Shown: in pieces, positions 1-13,460 of the stretch
Layout: each line of letters starts with the position of its first letter
Numbering within the stretch: position 1 is the stretch's first letter
Assembly: GCF_009914755.1 (NCBI RefSeq)
Contig: NC_060934.1
Source of the DNA: the human T2T-CHM13v2.0 reference genome, Homo sapiens
Direction: 5' to 3' (one strand)
Length of the DNA stretch: 64,000 nt
Position numbers and translations under genes: made by a program
Notes under the pieces: generated by a model
The model's input: the letters and a program-made list of their open reading frames with translations, nothing else
Databases searched by the model: none
What the model was told of the DNA's origin: nothing

Positions 1-3000
1 GGGTTCACTCATGGGAGCCGGCGGGACCCCTTTCAGCTCCCATTTGCAGTCAGGGCTCTTTGCTGCAGAAGCACCTGGGTGTCATCCATGCCAGTCGTCC
101 TGGGACGAAGTGAGCGGTGGCCACTGTGCCATGAGTGGTGCACCCTGCTGCCTGGGGTGGGCACGACGCCCACCGCTCGGCCCCCACTGGGCCTCAGCCC
201 CCAAGGCACCCACGCTCCTCTGTGAGGGTCACCCAGCCTGCATGGCATCGTTAGGCTGCCCCAGGAAGGGGCAGGGTGCCCTCAGAGCTGGGACCCCTGG
301 AGTGGCCAGCAGCAGCACTGGGGGACTGACCAGGGTGGGTCGGTGCTCATGGCAACCACTAGTACCCGATGGCTCCCTCCATGCTCAGGAGGAGGGAGGA
401 GCTCTGCCCGGCTGAGAACAGCCTGACTCTGTTGCACATACCACAATTCCAGGGTCAGGACGCCTCCTCCCCACTAGCTGTGCTGACCTGGGAGCAGCAG
501 GTTCGGCCCTCACCCCAGGTAGGACGTGCCCCCTCCTTGATATGCCCACTTCAGCGAATCACGTGTGGCCTGAGGGCTCTGCTCAAGGGCCCTAGCCAGG
601 AAACAGCCTGCTGGGAGGCCAACCAGGTGCCCCCACACCTGTGGTGGACATTGACTCCCTCCAGGCGGTGGCTGAGGGCAGCCCCAGCCAAGTCTGTGCC
701 AGCCGAGGCTGCTGGGGACCCTTCCTCTCCCCCTTCCCTGTTCTGTTCTTCCTTCCCACCCTTCCTCCTCCCTCCCTCCTTTTCTTTTTTTGGGTTTCAC
801 CTTAGACTAAGTAAACACACTGGCCTGAATTATGTAAGCCCCTCTTGCAGCCTGGGCAGATACATTTAAAAATAAAACTTGTCAGGTGTTGTTACCTTCC
901 AGCCTCCTCAAAGCTGAGCTCTCCAATCTCAGGACTATTTACAGCCACACCAGCAGCAGTGCTGACTCGGCACCACAGGCGCGGCCTCTTGTGGGGAAGG
1001 AGCAGGGACCCTCCACCGTGCTTGGTTTCTTTCCCCACCTTCCTCTCGGTGGGGCTGGGAGTGGGGTGATTTGGAAACACTCAGAGGGTTTAGACATGAA
1101 TGAGTCTGGTCGAATTCCCCACTCTGGACAGCGAGTCCAGGCACTGCCTGGCGGTCTGGTCGGGGTTCCTGGGGGGAGGTTCAGAGCAGGGTATGGCAGG
1201 AGCAAGACCCGGGTGTCTTGTGTCCCCGAAAGGAGCAAGAGGAGGCAGCAGGAAACCCGGACGGCGCTGAGCGGAGGCCTGGGCGCACGTCCTGGAGGAA
1301 GAGGCATCGTTACCGGGAGTGCCCGAGGCACAGTGCACAGATGGGCTGGTACAGGGTCCTGGGAGCACTGCGGGACCGGGCAGGGCTCTGCTGAGCCTCA
1401 GGAGAGGGAGGGCGCTGGTTCCCGCATCCTGTCCCCCTCCCCTGGTGATCTGCCAAGGGGAGCAGCCCAGGGAGGGGGAGCTGGGAGTCAGGGAGCGCTG
1501 TCCTTCATGAGTACAAATCCAAATCCCAGGCCGGCTCCCCAGGAGCATAGGCTGCAAGGACAGGGCACCAGCTGTTTATTTGGGTCAGGACTCAGGGGAA
1601 GGGGAAGATCACCCCAGGAGCAGAGCTGTCCACCCACTTGGTCCCTGGATCCCCCAGGTCCTGGAGGGCCTGACCTCAAGGAACTGACTCTGCCTGGGCT
1701 GGTAGGGCTCTGACCCCTGGCTTCCGTGCGGCCAGAGACCGCCAAACACGAGTGAGGGGCAGTTTAATTGTCTGCTGTGGTCTTAAAAACCAGGAGGCCC
1801 AGAGTCGCAGCAATCGGCCGTGCTTCTTTAGAGGCCCCTCCCTCCGCCTCCCACAGGGCAGCCACTCCAGCACCCCTTTCAGGTTCTTCCCCAGCCCAGG
1901 CCCTGCTCCCTGGCCCTCCCTCTTGCTACTGGTTCCCGACACTCACGTTCCTCCCACGGGACCACGACTGAGACAGCACACGAGGGCCCACTGTGAGTAT
2001 CTGGGGCCCGTTTTATGCACAAAGAGCCCGGCACTCGCCATCAGATCCATCTCCTACCTGCTCTAAGCCACACTGCCCTCCTGCCAGGCTGGTAGGGTCT
2101 CTGGGGCTGGGCTGGGTAGACGGGGCTGCGCAGCTGGAGACGTGCCCACCTCCCTGCCTGTGACCCCATCCAGGTGCCCTGACTCAGGCACTGGCGACCA
2201 GTCCTGAGGTTGCTCAGCACAGCCCCTCCCTCACCGCTGCCCCCAAGCCATCGCTTGCCAGAGGCTGGCTTGCTGTCTTCACGGCTCTGGGAAGTCACTT
2301 CGGAGAAACTGACCTCTGAGTGGGAAAGTGACTCACTCGCCGAGGTTCAGGACGGACTCGGCGGCAAGGGCGTCTTGGAGGGAGGTCTCGAGTGCCAGGG
2401 TTCTCCTCTCATCTCCTCCCATCCAGCACCGTGTACTGAAGTTGCCTGCCTCTTTCCTCATGTCAGGGACAGCCCCGTCCCCCAGCACCCAAGGATGACA
2501 GTATGTCCTGGTAGCCAGCGAGGCCCAGATCCCACACCTGGCCACACGCACCAGCGTGGCCTCCAGGAGAGGGTGTGAGGTCTCCTCCGGCTGTCCACGG
2601 TGGGCCCAGACATAGGATCTTCCCCTGTGGGGAGGACGGGGGGCAGCCCACCCTGGGAAGAGGGGTGAGCCACCCACAGAGAATGAGGCTAGGCCCACTT
2701 GGGCCTGAGGGCATGGCCTGCACCCAGCTGGGCAGGCTGGGCAGGGGCACACTGGATGGGAATGGGAGCTGAGGCTGCCCTGGAGGGGTTGGAGCTGTGC
2801 CCACTGGGGATGGATGGACACCCCTGGATGACGGACACCCCTGGATGACGGACACCCCTGGTCAGCCAGTGGCCCAGCTCATGCCCCTGTCCGGAGGCCC
2901 AGCCCAGCCCAGCACACACAAAGCCAGGCGTCAGGGCTCAGGCACAGAGCACGGCCATGGCCAGATGTACCCGGGCCCCTCTGGGGAGTGTGCAGGGGCC

Positions 3001-3794
3001 GCCCGGGGTGGGCTCTGGGTGCCGGGTCCTGCCTCGGTGCTGAGGACATCAGCCCAGGTCCGCACTGCCCTTGACCCAGGGGGCTGACACCCCCCAGTGC
3101 AGAAAGAATGGCCCAAGGGGGTTGGCGGGGGTGCTCCATGGAGAAGGGGCTATCTGAGCCCCTCAGGCACCCTCTGCCAGCCATGCCTGCCCTGAGCGGC
3201 TGCCCTGCAGCACCTGGACTGTCCCTTTGGGACGGGCCTCGGTCCCTCTCCCCAGGGGATTTGCTGTACAGCCCCACAGGGACGCCCAAGGGATCACTAT
3301 CTTTGTGGCTGGAGGAAGAAGACACGTGTGGCAGTGGCCATGTGGTCTTGTTGGGAGTGGCCACCTGCCCTCCTGGGGTCTCCAGGCCAGAGGCCAGGCC
3401 ACAGGCCAACCAAGGACAGCCTGGCCATCCGGCCCTAGCCGGGCTGGACCTCCTGTGTGGATTCTGAAATCCACCGGCTTCCCAGGGTTGTCAACCCCTG
3501 GGCTCTCGCTCCTGTGGGGATGGGTATTTCCCTCTCTGGCGAGACATTTCCAAATTCAGAGGCTGTGGTTTGATGGCTGGGGTCCTGTGGTGCCGGGCTG
3601 TGCCTTCCAGAGGCGCCAGCTTCAGGCTGTGACTGGTGACGAGAATCTAGGTCAACCCACGCCGCTCACAGCCTCCTTCCAGCGTGTCATTGTCCCAGCC
3701 TCGTCCACACACAGCTCCCCCAAAACCCTGCAGCGTCATTTCTGTTCTGACTCCAGGTGGGCTCTGCCGCTGCCTGTGAGATGAGGCCAGATCC

Positions 3795-4050
3795 TCGCCG
3801 CCCGCACCTGCCTCTCCCCAACTCGCCCTGCGCGGGACAGGTGGACGCCGCCCACACCTACCTCTCCCCCACTCACCCTGCCCGGGAGAGGTGGACGCTG
3901 TCTGCACCTGCCTCTCCCCAACGCGCCCTGCCCGGGAGAGGTGGATGCCGCCCGCACCTGCCTCTCCCCCACTCTCCCTGCCTGGGAGAGATGGACGCCG
4001 CCTGTGCCTGCCTCTCCCCGACTTGCCCTGCCCAGGAGAGGTGGATACCA
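3795..4050. repeat. Minisatellite, 50-bp unit, ~5 copies
   Basis: GTGGA(C/T)G-like starts recur at 3841, 3891, 3941, 3991 and 4041; unit ~GACGCCGCCCGCACCTGCCTCTCCCCAACTCGCCCTGCCCGGGAGAGGTG. Confidence 0.9.
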
Positions 4051-5709
4051 AGCATGTTCTTGGCAACTTGCTGCCCACACACGGTGCGGTCCAGGCTGCA
4101 GCGTCACAGCCCTGGAGCCTGCTGGGAGTGCACAGCCCAATAGCCACCCCAGCCCCTCTTCGAGGGCAGATTCCCATCAGCCTGAGCTGCCTGCAGGATG
4201 AGTACAGGGGTGAGCGTGAGACCATGTTTCTAGCCAGTGGGATGGGACCGGTGGTCCACCAGCAGCCTTGGGAAAAGGCTCCCTTCATAGGGACAGCAGG
4301 AAGGGATGGTCCTACAGCGTCAGGCCCACACCAGACACCAGAGCTGCCCTGAAGGAAAGGTGCTGTGGGGAACGGGCTGAGGGCCAGACAGCGCCAGGCC
4401 ACCGATGGGCAGATGAGGACTGGCTCCTCCCACCAAAGCAGGCAGGTTAGGGCTCAGCTGCTCCCGGCTGAACCACCCAGTCTCAACATCAGTAATGCCC
4501 AGCACCTCCTGCTGGGTCTTCAGGGTTGGTCTCAGGGTTCATTCCAGAGCTGAAAATCAACAAATCAACACGTGTTGTTCCTCAGGTCCCTCCGCAGGGC
4601 AGAGCCAGGAGCTGTGGAAATGCTCTTTGCAGAGGCCCCACCTAGATGCCCCACGGGGGTGTCCCCTGGCTGAGTCCACAGGGAGGGTTGAGGCTGCCTC
4701 GGCCATGTCTGCGGCGCACGTCCCCGGTGCACATCCCCGGCGCAGGCTGTGTCTCCTCGCAGCCCCAACTGACTTCCTTTCCTTCCTGTGGTCTGCACTT
4801 CCACCATCCTTACCCCCTCCTTATCCTCAGAGACACCTCCTGACACCCTCCTCCATGCTCTGCCCTGGTTGGGATGCCTCTTGGGCTGTTCCGGGCCCCA
4901 GGCTAGAGCCACTGCCTCTGTTTCTCTGGGTGAGTCCTTGCCCTGCTGCAGGAAACCTCCGCGTGCTGTCTAAGAAGTCGTGCAAACTGGCCAGGCCTGG
5001 AAGGGCTGAGGCATCCTTTCTCCCTGATGGATGGTTTGCGTGAGTATAAAATTCAAGGCTGGAAGCCAGATTCCTGTGGAATTTGGAAGGCCCGGCTCCA
5101 TTGTCTTCCGGCTCCAGCGTTGTTGAGGCGAAGTCTGACGTCCATGCAGACTCTGATTCCCGTGTGGGGACAGCCCTGGGGTCCTGCCGTCCTGGGACAT
5201 CGCTCCGGCACCCCTACGCTGCTTCTTGAAACGTTTCTGTCGACTTCCCACCTCCCGGGAATTTGTTGAATCTTTTTTCTGTGAATGCCAGTTCTGTCTT
5301 CCTCACGGCTGGTTAATTCCCTTCTGCTCCTTAACTGTCATCGCATGGGGTTAATGAGAGGAGGAGAGAAAACGTCTGTGGTTTCGTTTTCCTTCCTGGA
5401 TTTCGACAATGTGGATGCGTCCTTGGGGGAAAGGTGGGCTCGGGATCCAGGCATAGACCGTGCGGGGGCCTCTCCAGGAGCCAGTGTGGGGGAGTCCAGC
5501 GCAGCAGGGCCAGGGCCAGGTGGGGCAGAGTGAAGACACCAGGGCACCGCGGGGCCAGTGAGTTTGTTGCCTCAGCTGAGACAAAGTCTCAGCAAATCAT
5601 CAGTGTTCCTCTTCTGTGAGGTCTTTCCACGCACCAGGCCAGGGTGTCATCACCAGACCCCTCCGGTGCTGAAGGATCTCCCCGGAAAATAGATATTAAT
5701 TGCTTTTCA

Positions 5710-6012
5710 ATCAATGTATTCCATGTGTATCAATATATTCCACATGTATCAATATATTCCACATGTATCAATATATTCCACGTGTATCAATATATTCCAC
5801 GTGTATCAATGCATTCCACGTGTATCAATATATTCCACGTGTATCAATGCATTCCACGTGTATCAATGCATTCCACGTGTATCAATATATTCCACGTGTA
5901 TCAATATATTCCACGTGTATCAATATATTCCACGTGTATCAATATATTCCACGTGTATCAATGCATTCCATGTGTATCAATGCATTCCATGTATATCAAT
6001 ATATTCCATGTG
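5710..6012. repeat. AT-rich minisatellite, 19-bp unit, ~16 copies
   Basis: Unit TGTATCAAT(AT/GC)ATTCCACG; 10 central units contain CACGTG. Confidence 0.95.
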
Positions 6013-6578
6013 CATTAGCTTTCTGTGGCTGCTATAACAAATCAGCATAAACTTATGGCTGAAACAACAGTCACTGTCACTGTTTAGTTCTGGAGGCCAG
6101 ATGCCTGACATGGGACTTGGTGCTGTGAGCCCTTCCTTCTGGGGGCTCCAGGGGAGAATCTGGGCCCCTTCAGCTCCTAGAGGCCACCCAAGTCCCTTGT
6201 CTCACAGACCCAGTCCACCTTTCAAGCCAGTATCTTCAAACTTCTTCAGCACCTTCAAGCCTCTCCCTGACTCTGATCCCTCACCTCCCCTCTCACTGGG
6301 ATGGACCCTCATGATTACTCTGGGCCTGCCCGGATGGCCAGGGATGACCTCCCCGTCTCAGGCCAGTGGGTGGGTAACCCTCACTCCCCCTGCAGTCTTG
6401 GGGATGACCTCCCCGTCTCAGGCCAGCAGGTGGGTAACCCTCACTGCCCCTGAAGTCTTGGGGATGACCTCGCGTCCCAGGCAGTCTTGGCTCCCTTTGC
6501 CACATAACCTGATGCATACCCAGGTTCCCAGGATTAGTAGGTGGGCACCTTGGGGGCTGTTCTCTCCGAGGCCACACA
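6010..6578 (-). mobile_element. MLT1-type (ERVL-MaLR) LTR, degenerate, with an internal 60-bp tandem duplication (6340-6480)
   Basis: TGCATTAGCTTTCTGTGGCTGCTATAACAAA...GTTCTGGAGGCCAG...CAGGTTCCCAGGATTAG matches the recalled MLT1 antisense pattern. Confidence 0.75.
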
Positions 6579-6959
6579 GTAACGGCAGAGAGACCAGGCA
6601 GATACCCTCTTACCCTGGTGGTCGGAGGCGCGGTCATCAGCCAGGGATGGGTTGGCCTCGTGCGCGTGCCCTGCGCGGTGCTGAGATCAGCCCAGCACGA
6701 TGTCTAGCATGTTCTGCCCGAAACACACGCCTCAGAAGAAAGCGCCAGGCAAACTGAAGGACGCGAAGCCGTGGACCGGCCTGCCGAGATCCTGAAACGC
6801 AGGCAGAGCCGAGACGCTCTTCAGAGCACGGGTGTGTGGCGGCCGAACACAGCACCTGACCCTGGGCTTAGTCTTGGACTTCTGGAAGAAACCGCGGAAC
6901 TGGTGCAATCGGAGTGGAGCCCATGGGGTAGGTGTTGCCATTGAGCCAACGCTGGTTTC

Positions 6960-7985
6960 CTGCTGTGAGTGATTTTGCTGCAGTTTTGTGTGCAGCGTCT
7001 TTTTCTCAGGAAATACTCACTGAAGTATTTAGCAGTAACAGGCATCTGTTGTGCTTGCAAGGAAGTTTCAGGTGGATCAGAAAGGTTAGCAGTGAAGGAA
7101 TCTAGGTGAAGGGATGAGGGAGCTCGCTCTGCTATTTCTGCAACTTTTGTTAACTCAGCAAAAGAGTTAAAAGACGAGTGCATGTTAGGATGAGGGGCCG
7201 GGGAAAATGCCCCCGCGGGTAAACAGCCCCGTCAGGGCAGGGGCTCTGTGAGTTCATTCGCTTGTTCACTAGAACATTCCTTGGCTGAAGTATTTACTGA
7301 CGCTAACATCACAACAAAGACAAGACAAGAGGATGCCACATACATCCTGATGGAGGCGCCTCCGACCAAAAGCAAAGAACCCGGATGTGCCCCAGCCTCG
7401 TTCCAACTAGCAGTTCCCACAGAGACGCGGGGCACGGAGACGTCCCACAGAGATGCGGGGCACGGAGACGTCCCACAGAGACGCGGGGCACGGAGACGTC
7501 CCCCAGAGACGCGGGGCACGGAGATGTCCCCACAGAGACGCGGGGCACGGAGACGTCCCACAGAGACGCAGAGCACCCAGGGCAGCTACAGGATGTCCTC
7601 AGGCTGCACGCTGGCCTCCACAGCACAGATGGCCCAACAACTTTGATCAATTGCAAGGAAAAGCAGAAACGGAGCGGGCAGGATATCAAAAGAGGCATCA
7701 AAGACACATGCACTCTGTGGGATATTTTGACCCTGAGTCGAACAAATGAACCCCAGGTAGCAAAGGTAAACAACAATAAAATCAGACGTATGGGGCAGTT
7801 ATCAATATGGATCCTTGCAGGACATCGGATGATATGGAGGGTGCACTGTTACTCACCTTAGGTGTGAGGATGGTACCATGGTTATATATCTGAAAAGTGT
7901 CCACATCCTTTGGAGAAACATCCTGAAATATTTACAGATGAAATGATATCATGTCTGGGATTTGTTTTAAAATAATCCAATTTAC
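6960..7985 (+). mobile_element. Ancient L1M (L1MC/MD/ME-type) 3' UTR fragments, interrupted by a VNTR
   Basis: CTGAAGTATTTAG, GAATCTAGGTGAAGGG and CTGAAATATTTACAGATGAAATGATATCATGTCTGGGATTTG are typical L1M 3' end motifs. Confidence 0.65.
7415..7575. repeat. CpG-rich minisatellite, ~28-bp unit, ~5.5 copies
   Basis: CCCACAGAGACGCGGGGCACGGAGACGT repeated. Confidence 0.92.
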
Positions 7986-7991
7986 TGTTAC

Positions 7992-8336
7992 TGTCTTAGT
8001 TTGCTTTCTGTTGTTAAAACAGAATACCACCTATGGGTCATTTATAAAGAAATGAGCTTATTTCTCACAGCTCTGGAGGCTTGGAAGGCCGAGAGCGTGG
8101 TGTCTACATCTGGGAGGGTGGCCCCGCCATGTAGACGGAAGGTGGGAGTGAGCAGAGGCACCAGGGCTGGACTCACTTCATGACCACTCATTCCAGCAAT
8201 AACACCGATCCACTTGTAAGGGCGCCACCCTCACGACCCAGTTACCTCTTTTTAGGCCCTCTCTCCCAACACTGTTGCATTTGGGATTAAGTTTCCGACA
8301 CCTGAACTTTTCGAGGGACACACTCAGATCATAGCA
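7992..8336 (-). mobile_element. MST-family (MaLR) solo LTR
   Basis: Begins TGTCTTAGTT and ends ATCATAGCA; internal TTTCTCACAGCTCTGGAGGC and CCCAACACTGTTGCATTTGGGATTAAGTTTC. Confidence 0.85.
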
Positions 8337-8594
8337 AGGATGAAAAGCCAGATGGGCCTGGCCGAGGAGCTGGAAGCCACTGATGCTTGGTGAGCTCTGC
8401 AGCCACTCTACTGTGCACGTGTGGAACTCTCCAAAAAACACATGAGCAAGAACTTAGAGGAATACTTCTGGAGTGTGGTTGGATGTGAGGGTCCTTAATC
8501 CACGCTGATTAAGATGCTGATGTCTTAGTCAGTGCTGAGTGGAGACGCTGGTGCTTGCAGAGGTGGTTGGAGCCCAGATGTACTAAGAAAGAAG

Positions 8595-8662
8595 AGGGGC
8601 CTCAGCGTCCTCACCTGCAAGCTGGGAATAACTACCCAGCCCTTCAGGGCCGTGTGAGGAGC
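8595..8662. mobile_element. MIR core fragment
   Basis: GCCTCAGCGTCCTCACCTGCAAGCTGGGAATAA...AGGGCCGTGTGAGGA resembles the MIR core. Confidence 0.55.
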
Positions 8663-9784
8663 TGCCGGAGCAGCAGGTGACAGCTGCCTCACTGTGAGTT
8701 TTCCTGGCAGCTCTCAGCCTGGGTACCAGGAAGGCACAGGTGTGCTGGAGGCTTCCTCACCTGCAGTCCTGCTCCAACACTGTCCATGATGCTCCCACCA
8801 ATAAGAAAGTTTTCTCTAGGATCCCAGGAAAGCTGTTTTCTTTTTTGTTGTTGTGTTTGCCAGGGCTGATTTTCAACTCCCTTTATTAATGTCTTTTTTC
8901 TTATTAATTTAGATTCTGCAGGTCAGTAGCAACACCATTTGATGTTTTGACATTTAATCAAAACTGGCAGGTTTTCTCCGGCGTCAAATGCATGGGGTCT
9001 TGTCAGAGAGCATGTTCGTGGGTTCATGATGAATTGCCCTCGTGACGGAGGGTCGCCCTGCGTGAACACTGGTTTCATAAGCTCTAAGGACTGTACCGGT
9101 CAAGACTGATGCACCCTCAGGGCTGGGATCCTGTGCTGGGCCCATGGTGAGTTCCATGAAGGGTTAATCTTTTCCAGTGCCCACAGGTGCTTTTCAGCCC
9201 AGCCCTGTCCTCTTGCGAATTCACCTCGTTGAGGTAACCTGAAGACCTGTGTGTCCTGGACTCAGCTCTCCTGTGGACACAGGTGTCTTCACGGCATCTC
9301 TCACCCAATTTTGTGCCTGGACGTCCTGCCACTGACCATCACCACAGGGAGCACAAAGAGAAGGTGGAGGTTCTCCAGCCTCTCCGGCCTCCTGGTCTCC
9401 TGGGCAGCAGGTGCAGGAACAGATACGCTGGCCTGGGGGAGAGCATGAGTGTGGAAAGGAGAGCCTGCAGCTCTTAACAGCAGCGTGGGCTCCAGAGGGC
9501 AGTTACTGGTCAGCTCTCAAGATGCTTTGACCATAAACGGAATTGCCTGGCAGTTGGGTTTAACTGCTCCGTCTTTGTGCAGCTTTTCCTACACACTTGA
9601 GAGGTTATAAGAGACACTTCACGCCAATTTATTGGATTTCAGCTTGCAGCCAACCCCAGCCAGTGACACTGTTTTTCTATTAAGGACCTGTGGGAACGAA
9701 GTCAACACTAAATAAACGCAGCCAACAGGAGTATGTCATGAAAGGAAATTCCAGAGTTCTGTCTCTAATGAGGAGGAGCAAGTA

Positions 9785-10296
9785 CCTGGCGAGTGCCTGG
9801 TGAGAGCCCGGTGAGTGCCCGGTGAGTGCCTGGTGAGTGCCCGCAAGTGCCCAGCGAGTGCCCGGCGAATGCCCAGTGAGTGCCCAGTGAGTGCCCAGCG
9901 AGTGCCCGGTGAATGCCCAGCGAGTGCCCAGTGAGTGCCCGGTGAATGCCCAGTGAGTGCCCAGAGAGTGCCCAGCGAGTGCCCGGTGAATGCCCAGCGA
10001 GTGCCCGGTGAGTGCCCGCAAGTGCCCAACGAGTGCCTGGTGAATGCCCAGTGAGTGCCCAGCGAGTGCCCGGCGAATGCCCAGTGAGTGCCCAGTGAGT
10101 GCCCAGCAAGTGCCCGGCGAATGCCCAGCGAGTGCCCAGCGAGTGCCCGGTGAATGCCCAGCGAGTGCCCAGCGAGTGCCCGGTGAGTGCCTGCAAGTGC
10201 CCAGCGAGTGCCTGGTGAATGCCCAGTGAGTGCCCAGCGAGTGCCCGGTGAATGCCCAGCGAGTGCCCAGCGAGTGCCTGGTGAGTGCCCAGCGAA
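9785..10296. repeat. Minisatellite, 11-bp unit, ~46 copies
   Basis: GA(G/A)TGCCC(A/G)G(C/T) repeated with interspersed variant units. Confidence 0.95.
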
Positions 10297-12277
10297 TGGA
10301 GGCTCCTCGGGTAACACGCGTGGACCCAGGCACAATACAAAGTCAACCGCCCGGGGCTCTAGAGCAGGAGAAACAGGCAGTTTCTGGAGGGAGAGTCAGA
10401 GCTAGAAGCAGCACCCGGCCCAGGCGAGGCTTCTGTGTGTGGCTTTGCCAGGAGGGCAGCACTGCCTGGGGTTAGTAAGACGCTGGCACAAAGTCACCAC
10501 CTCTGGGTATGGAGAACACAGGTGAAGATACCTGGGACAGCCAGGGCTGCCAGTGTGTGAGTGTGTGAGGATCTGGGAAAGGAGGAAGCAGAGAAGTGGG
10601 AGAGCATGTTCTGTCCGCAACCCTTGCTCCAGTTTCCGGCTGACCCTGGAGCCATGCCAGTCTAGGCAGACGGACAGTTCTGAACAGAAACCGAGCTGCT
10701 GCCCACCAAGCTGCTGCTGCCAGCCCCTGTGGGAAACGCATCAGAGCCCAGAGGAGGGGCTCAGGGGTGCTCAGGGGGTGAAGGGGGCCGCTGTGGGCTG
10801 CCTGAGAAAAGCGACCACATCTGGGGCTGTGCCCCCGCCCGACAAGCCCAGTGGGAGCTTCTCAGAAACAAGGTGGGAAGCCTGCGCAATCCTCTCCACC
10901 GCGCTCGGGGCAGCGGGGACCAGGGCTTCCCCAGGCTGGGGCATGGCAAGGCGGGCAGTCGGGCAGCAGGACGCCCATGCCCTGCCCACCTGTCCCCACC
11001 TGTGGGAGCTGCTGGCCCTCCCCACCCAAGGCTGCCCTCCTACCAGCAGCACAAGAGGTTTGGACCAACGCGTGTGCGCTACTTTCTAGAGCAAAATTTC
11101 TTTGAACTGAGATTTTAGAACCGAGGTGGAACATGGGAGAGGCCCTGGTGGAAGCAGGAAATACACGATTTGCTTTTCACAACTACGCGTTAATGAATAG
11201 GGCAGCCCACCTCCTGGTTTGCCCCGGAATGCCCAGTTTCAGGCCTGAAAGTCCCACGGAGCATCTCCCATCCTCACCCTCGGCCTGGAGGACAGAGGCG
11301 CGTCTGGCTGGTGGCAGCCGTCAGGGCTTTGTCAAAGCGGCGCTCAGATGGAGACAACGTCTCGTCAGGTGCCACGATGGGTCTGTGTTGTGCGAGCATG
11401 TTGCTTTAGGCTGCCTTAGGCCGCCCACCTGATTCTGTCATTCTGTTTCGGAACGGCCCTCTAGACGAGCTGCAGCTTCGAGGGTGGCTTTCGCACTCTG
11501 CTGTCAGTGGCTGAACGGCTTCATTGTGAAATGCTGAAGTGATTTGTATAAATCATGACCATGGATTAATGAGGTTCATTCCTCCCAAACCTTCAAGAAA
11601 TTGTTACTGTTCCTGATGTATTTGATGGCAATTTGCTCCTGGAGAAGGGAGGGAGAGGCGGGTGTCTCTACCCCGTTTGCTATATTTTGTGGGGATTGTG
11701 GGGGGCCTGGCTGGCACCATAGGGGGCTGGGTGCCCTGGGCTGTGAACTCCTGATGACAGGAGGCGCCTCCCTCCTCACCAGGCCTGGAATGAAACCCAT
11801 GTGGGCAGTCCCACGAGCAACACGCCAGCGCCCCAAGGCTGGCCACGGGCAGGACGCAGAGACAGACGCGTCATTAGAGCATGGGCGCGGCGTGTCCGTG
11901 GCACGTGAGGCCCCGGGCCCTGCCTTTGCTTTCGGTCTCTGTGCACGCTGCCTCCTGACCTGATGGTCCAGTTGCCTGCGGAAGTAGGTCTGTGCACAGT
12001 GGACCTTTTAAAAGAGACACGAAACCTGGGAGGGCCTGGCCTTCCCTCTGTGCGCTGCTGCTGTTTGTCTTTTTCCTCAGCTTCCCGTTGTTCGATGGAG
12101 TGGACTCCAGGCAGCTGTCCTGTGAGCTCGACACAGCCAGGCTGGAGTTGGCAGAGGTGCAGATAGGGCGGTGATGCTGAGAGCCACGATGTCGTCATTG
12201 AAATGAAGTCAGGTGGACCCTCTGGACCCTCTGAGTTTCCAGCCTAGGAGCAGTGGCGTGTTCTAAGGACGGGCTTC

Positions 12278-12733
12278 CCCTCCTCCCACCCTCCAGCTCC
12301 CAGCGCCGCCTGTAACCCTCCTCCCACCCTCCAGCTCCCAGCGCCGCCTGTAACCCTCCTCCCACCGTCCAGCTCCCAGCGCCGCCTGTAACCCTCCTCC
12401 CACCCTCCAGCTCCCAGCGCCGCCTGTAACCCTCCTCCCACCCTCCGGCTCCCAGCGCCGCCTGTAACCCTCCTCCCACCGTCCAGCTCCCAGCGCCGCC
12501 TGTAACCCTCCTCCCACCGTCCAGCTCCCAGCGCCGCCTGTAACCCTCCTCCCACCGTCCAGCTCCCAGCGCCGCCTGTAACCCTCCTCCCACCCTCCAG
12601 CTCCCAGCGCCGCCTGTAACCCTCCTCCCACCCTCCAGCTCCCAGCGCCGCCTGTAACCCTCCTCCCACCCTCCGGCTCCCAGCGCCGCCTGTAACCCTC
12701 CTCCCACCCTCCGGCTCCCAGCACCGCCTGTAA
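12278..12733. repeat. C-rich minisatellite, 38-bp unit, ~12 copies
   Basis: CCTCCTCCCACCCTCCAGCTCCCAGCGCCGCCTGTAAC repeated; reverse-strand ORFs repeat every 38 aa (three units). Confidence 0.96.
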
Positions 12734-12943
12734 CTGCGGCCCTCAGGGCAGTGGGTCTTCAGGCCTGGCTGGACACCCCAGCTTAGAGCTCGCTCAGGCG
12801 GCCGGTCCATGACACCGTCCTGGGCAGGCCTTTCATGGACACACACTGGCCTCACAGTCGTTCGGGGTCATCTGGTCTCACAGTCGTTCAGGGTGGCCTT
12901 GAGAATAGGTGGGTGGGGGCAGATAGGACATAGTCACCCCCCC

Positions 12944-13460
12944 TTTTTTATTGGGGTAAAATTCACCACTTTAGCCATTTTAAAGTGTGCGAGTCTGGGT
13001 GTGCAGGGCTTGTAGAGTGCTGTGCAAGCATCACCCCTGAGCTCAGAACACGGCGTCGCCCGAGCTGACCACCGCTCCCCTTCTCCCGCCCTCCAGCCCC
13101 CAACAACCAGGAATCTCTTGCCGCCTCTGGATTGACCTATTCTGGACATTCCACGTAAATGGTATCATAAAACATACGGCCTTTCGCGTCTGGCTTATCC
13201 ACGGAGCGAGATGCCTTCCAGCTTCATCACGCCGTAGCCTGCGTGGGTTCTGGGTCCCTGTCCTCGTCACTAGTCGCTCCAGTGCATGGATGAGCACGTC
13301 CTGTTCACGCGTCCTCGCCATTGGTGGTGTCTGGGGGGCTCCCCGCTGCTGGCTGATGCGAATGTTCCTGCACGTGTGTTTGTGTGAACGCCGGCTTTCA
13401 GCTGAGGGTGGGGCTGCTGAATCTCACGGCAGCTCCGAGTTTAATTCTCGGACGAGGCTC
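12944..13460 (-). mobile_element. Old L1M (L1MB/ME-type) 3' end, strongly GC/CpG-shifted
   Basis: TTTTTTATTG...TTAGCCATTTTAAAGTGT...CCTATTCTGGACATTCCACGTAAATGGTATCATA is a classic L1M 3' antisense sequence. Confidence 0.75.

Noticed and set aside
5644-6050. Three overlapping Cys/His/Tyr-rich ORFs
   Set aside because: Artefact of a stop-free 19-bp repeat.
12278-12733. Telomere-derived repeat or PRDM9 13-mer in the 38-bp unit
   Set aside because: Only one TAACCC per unit, and I found no exact CCNCCNTNNCCNC match.
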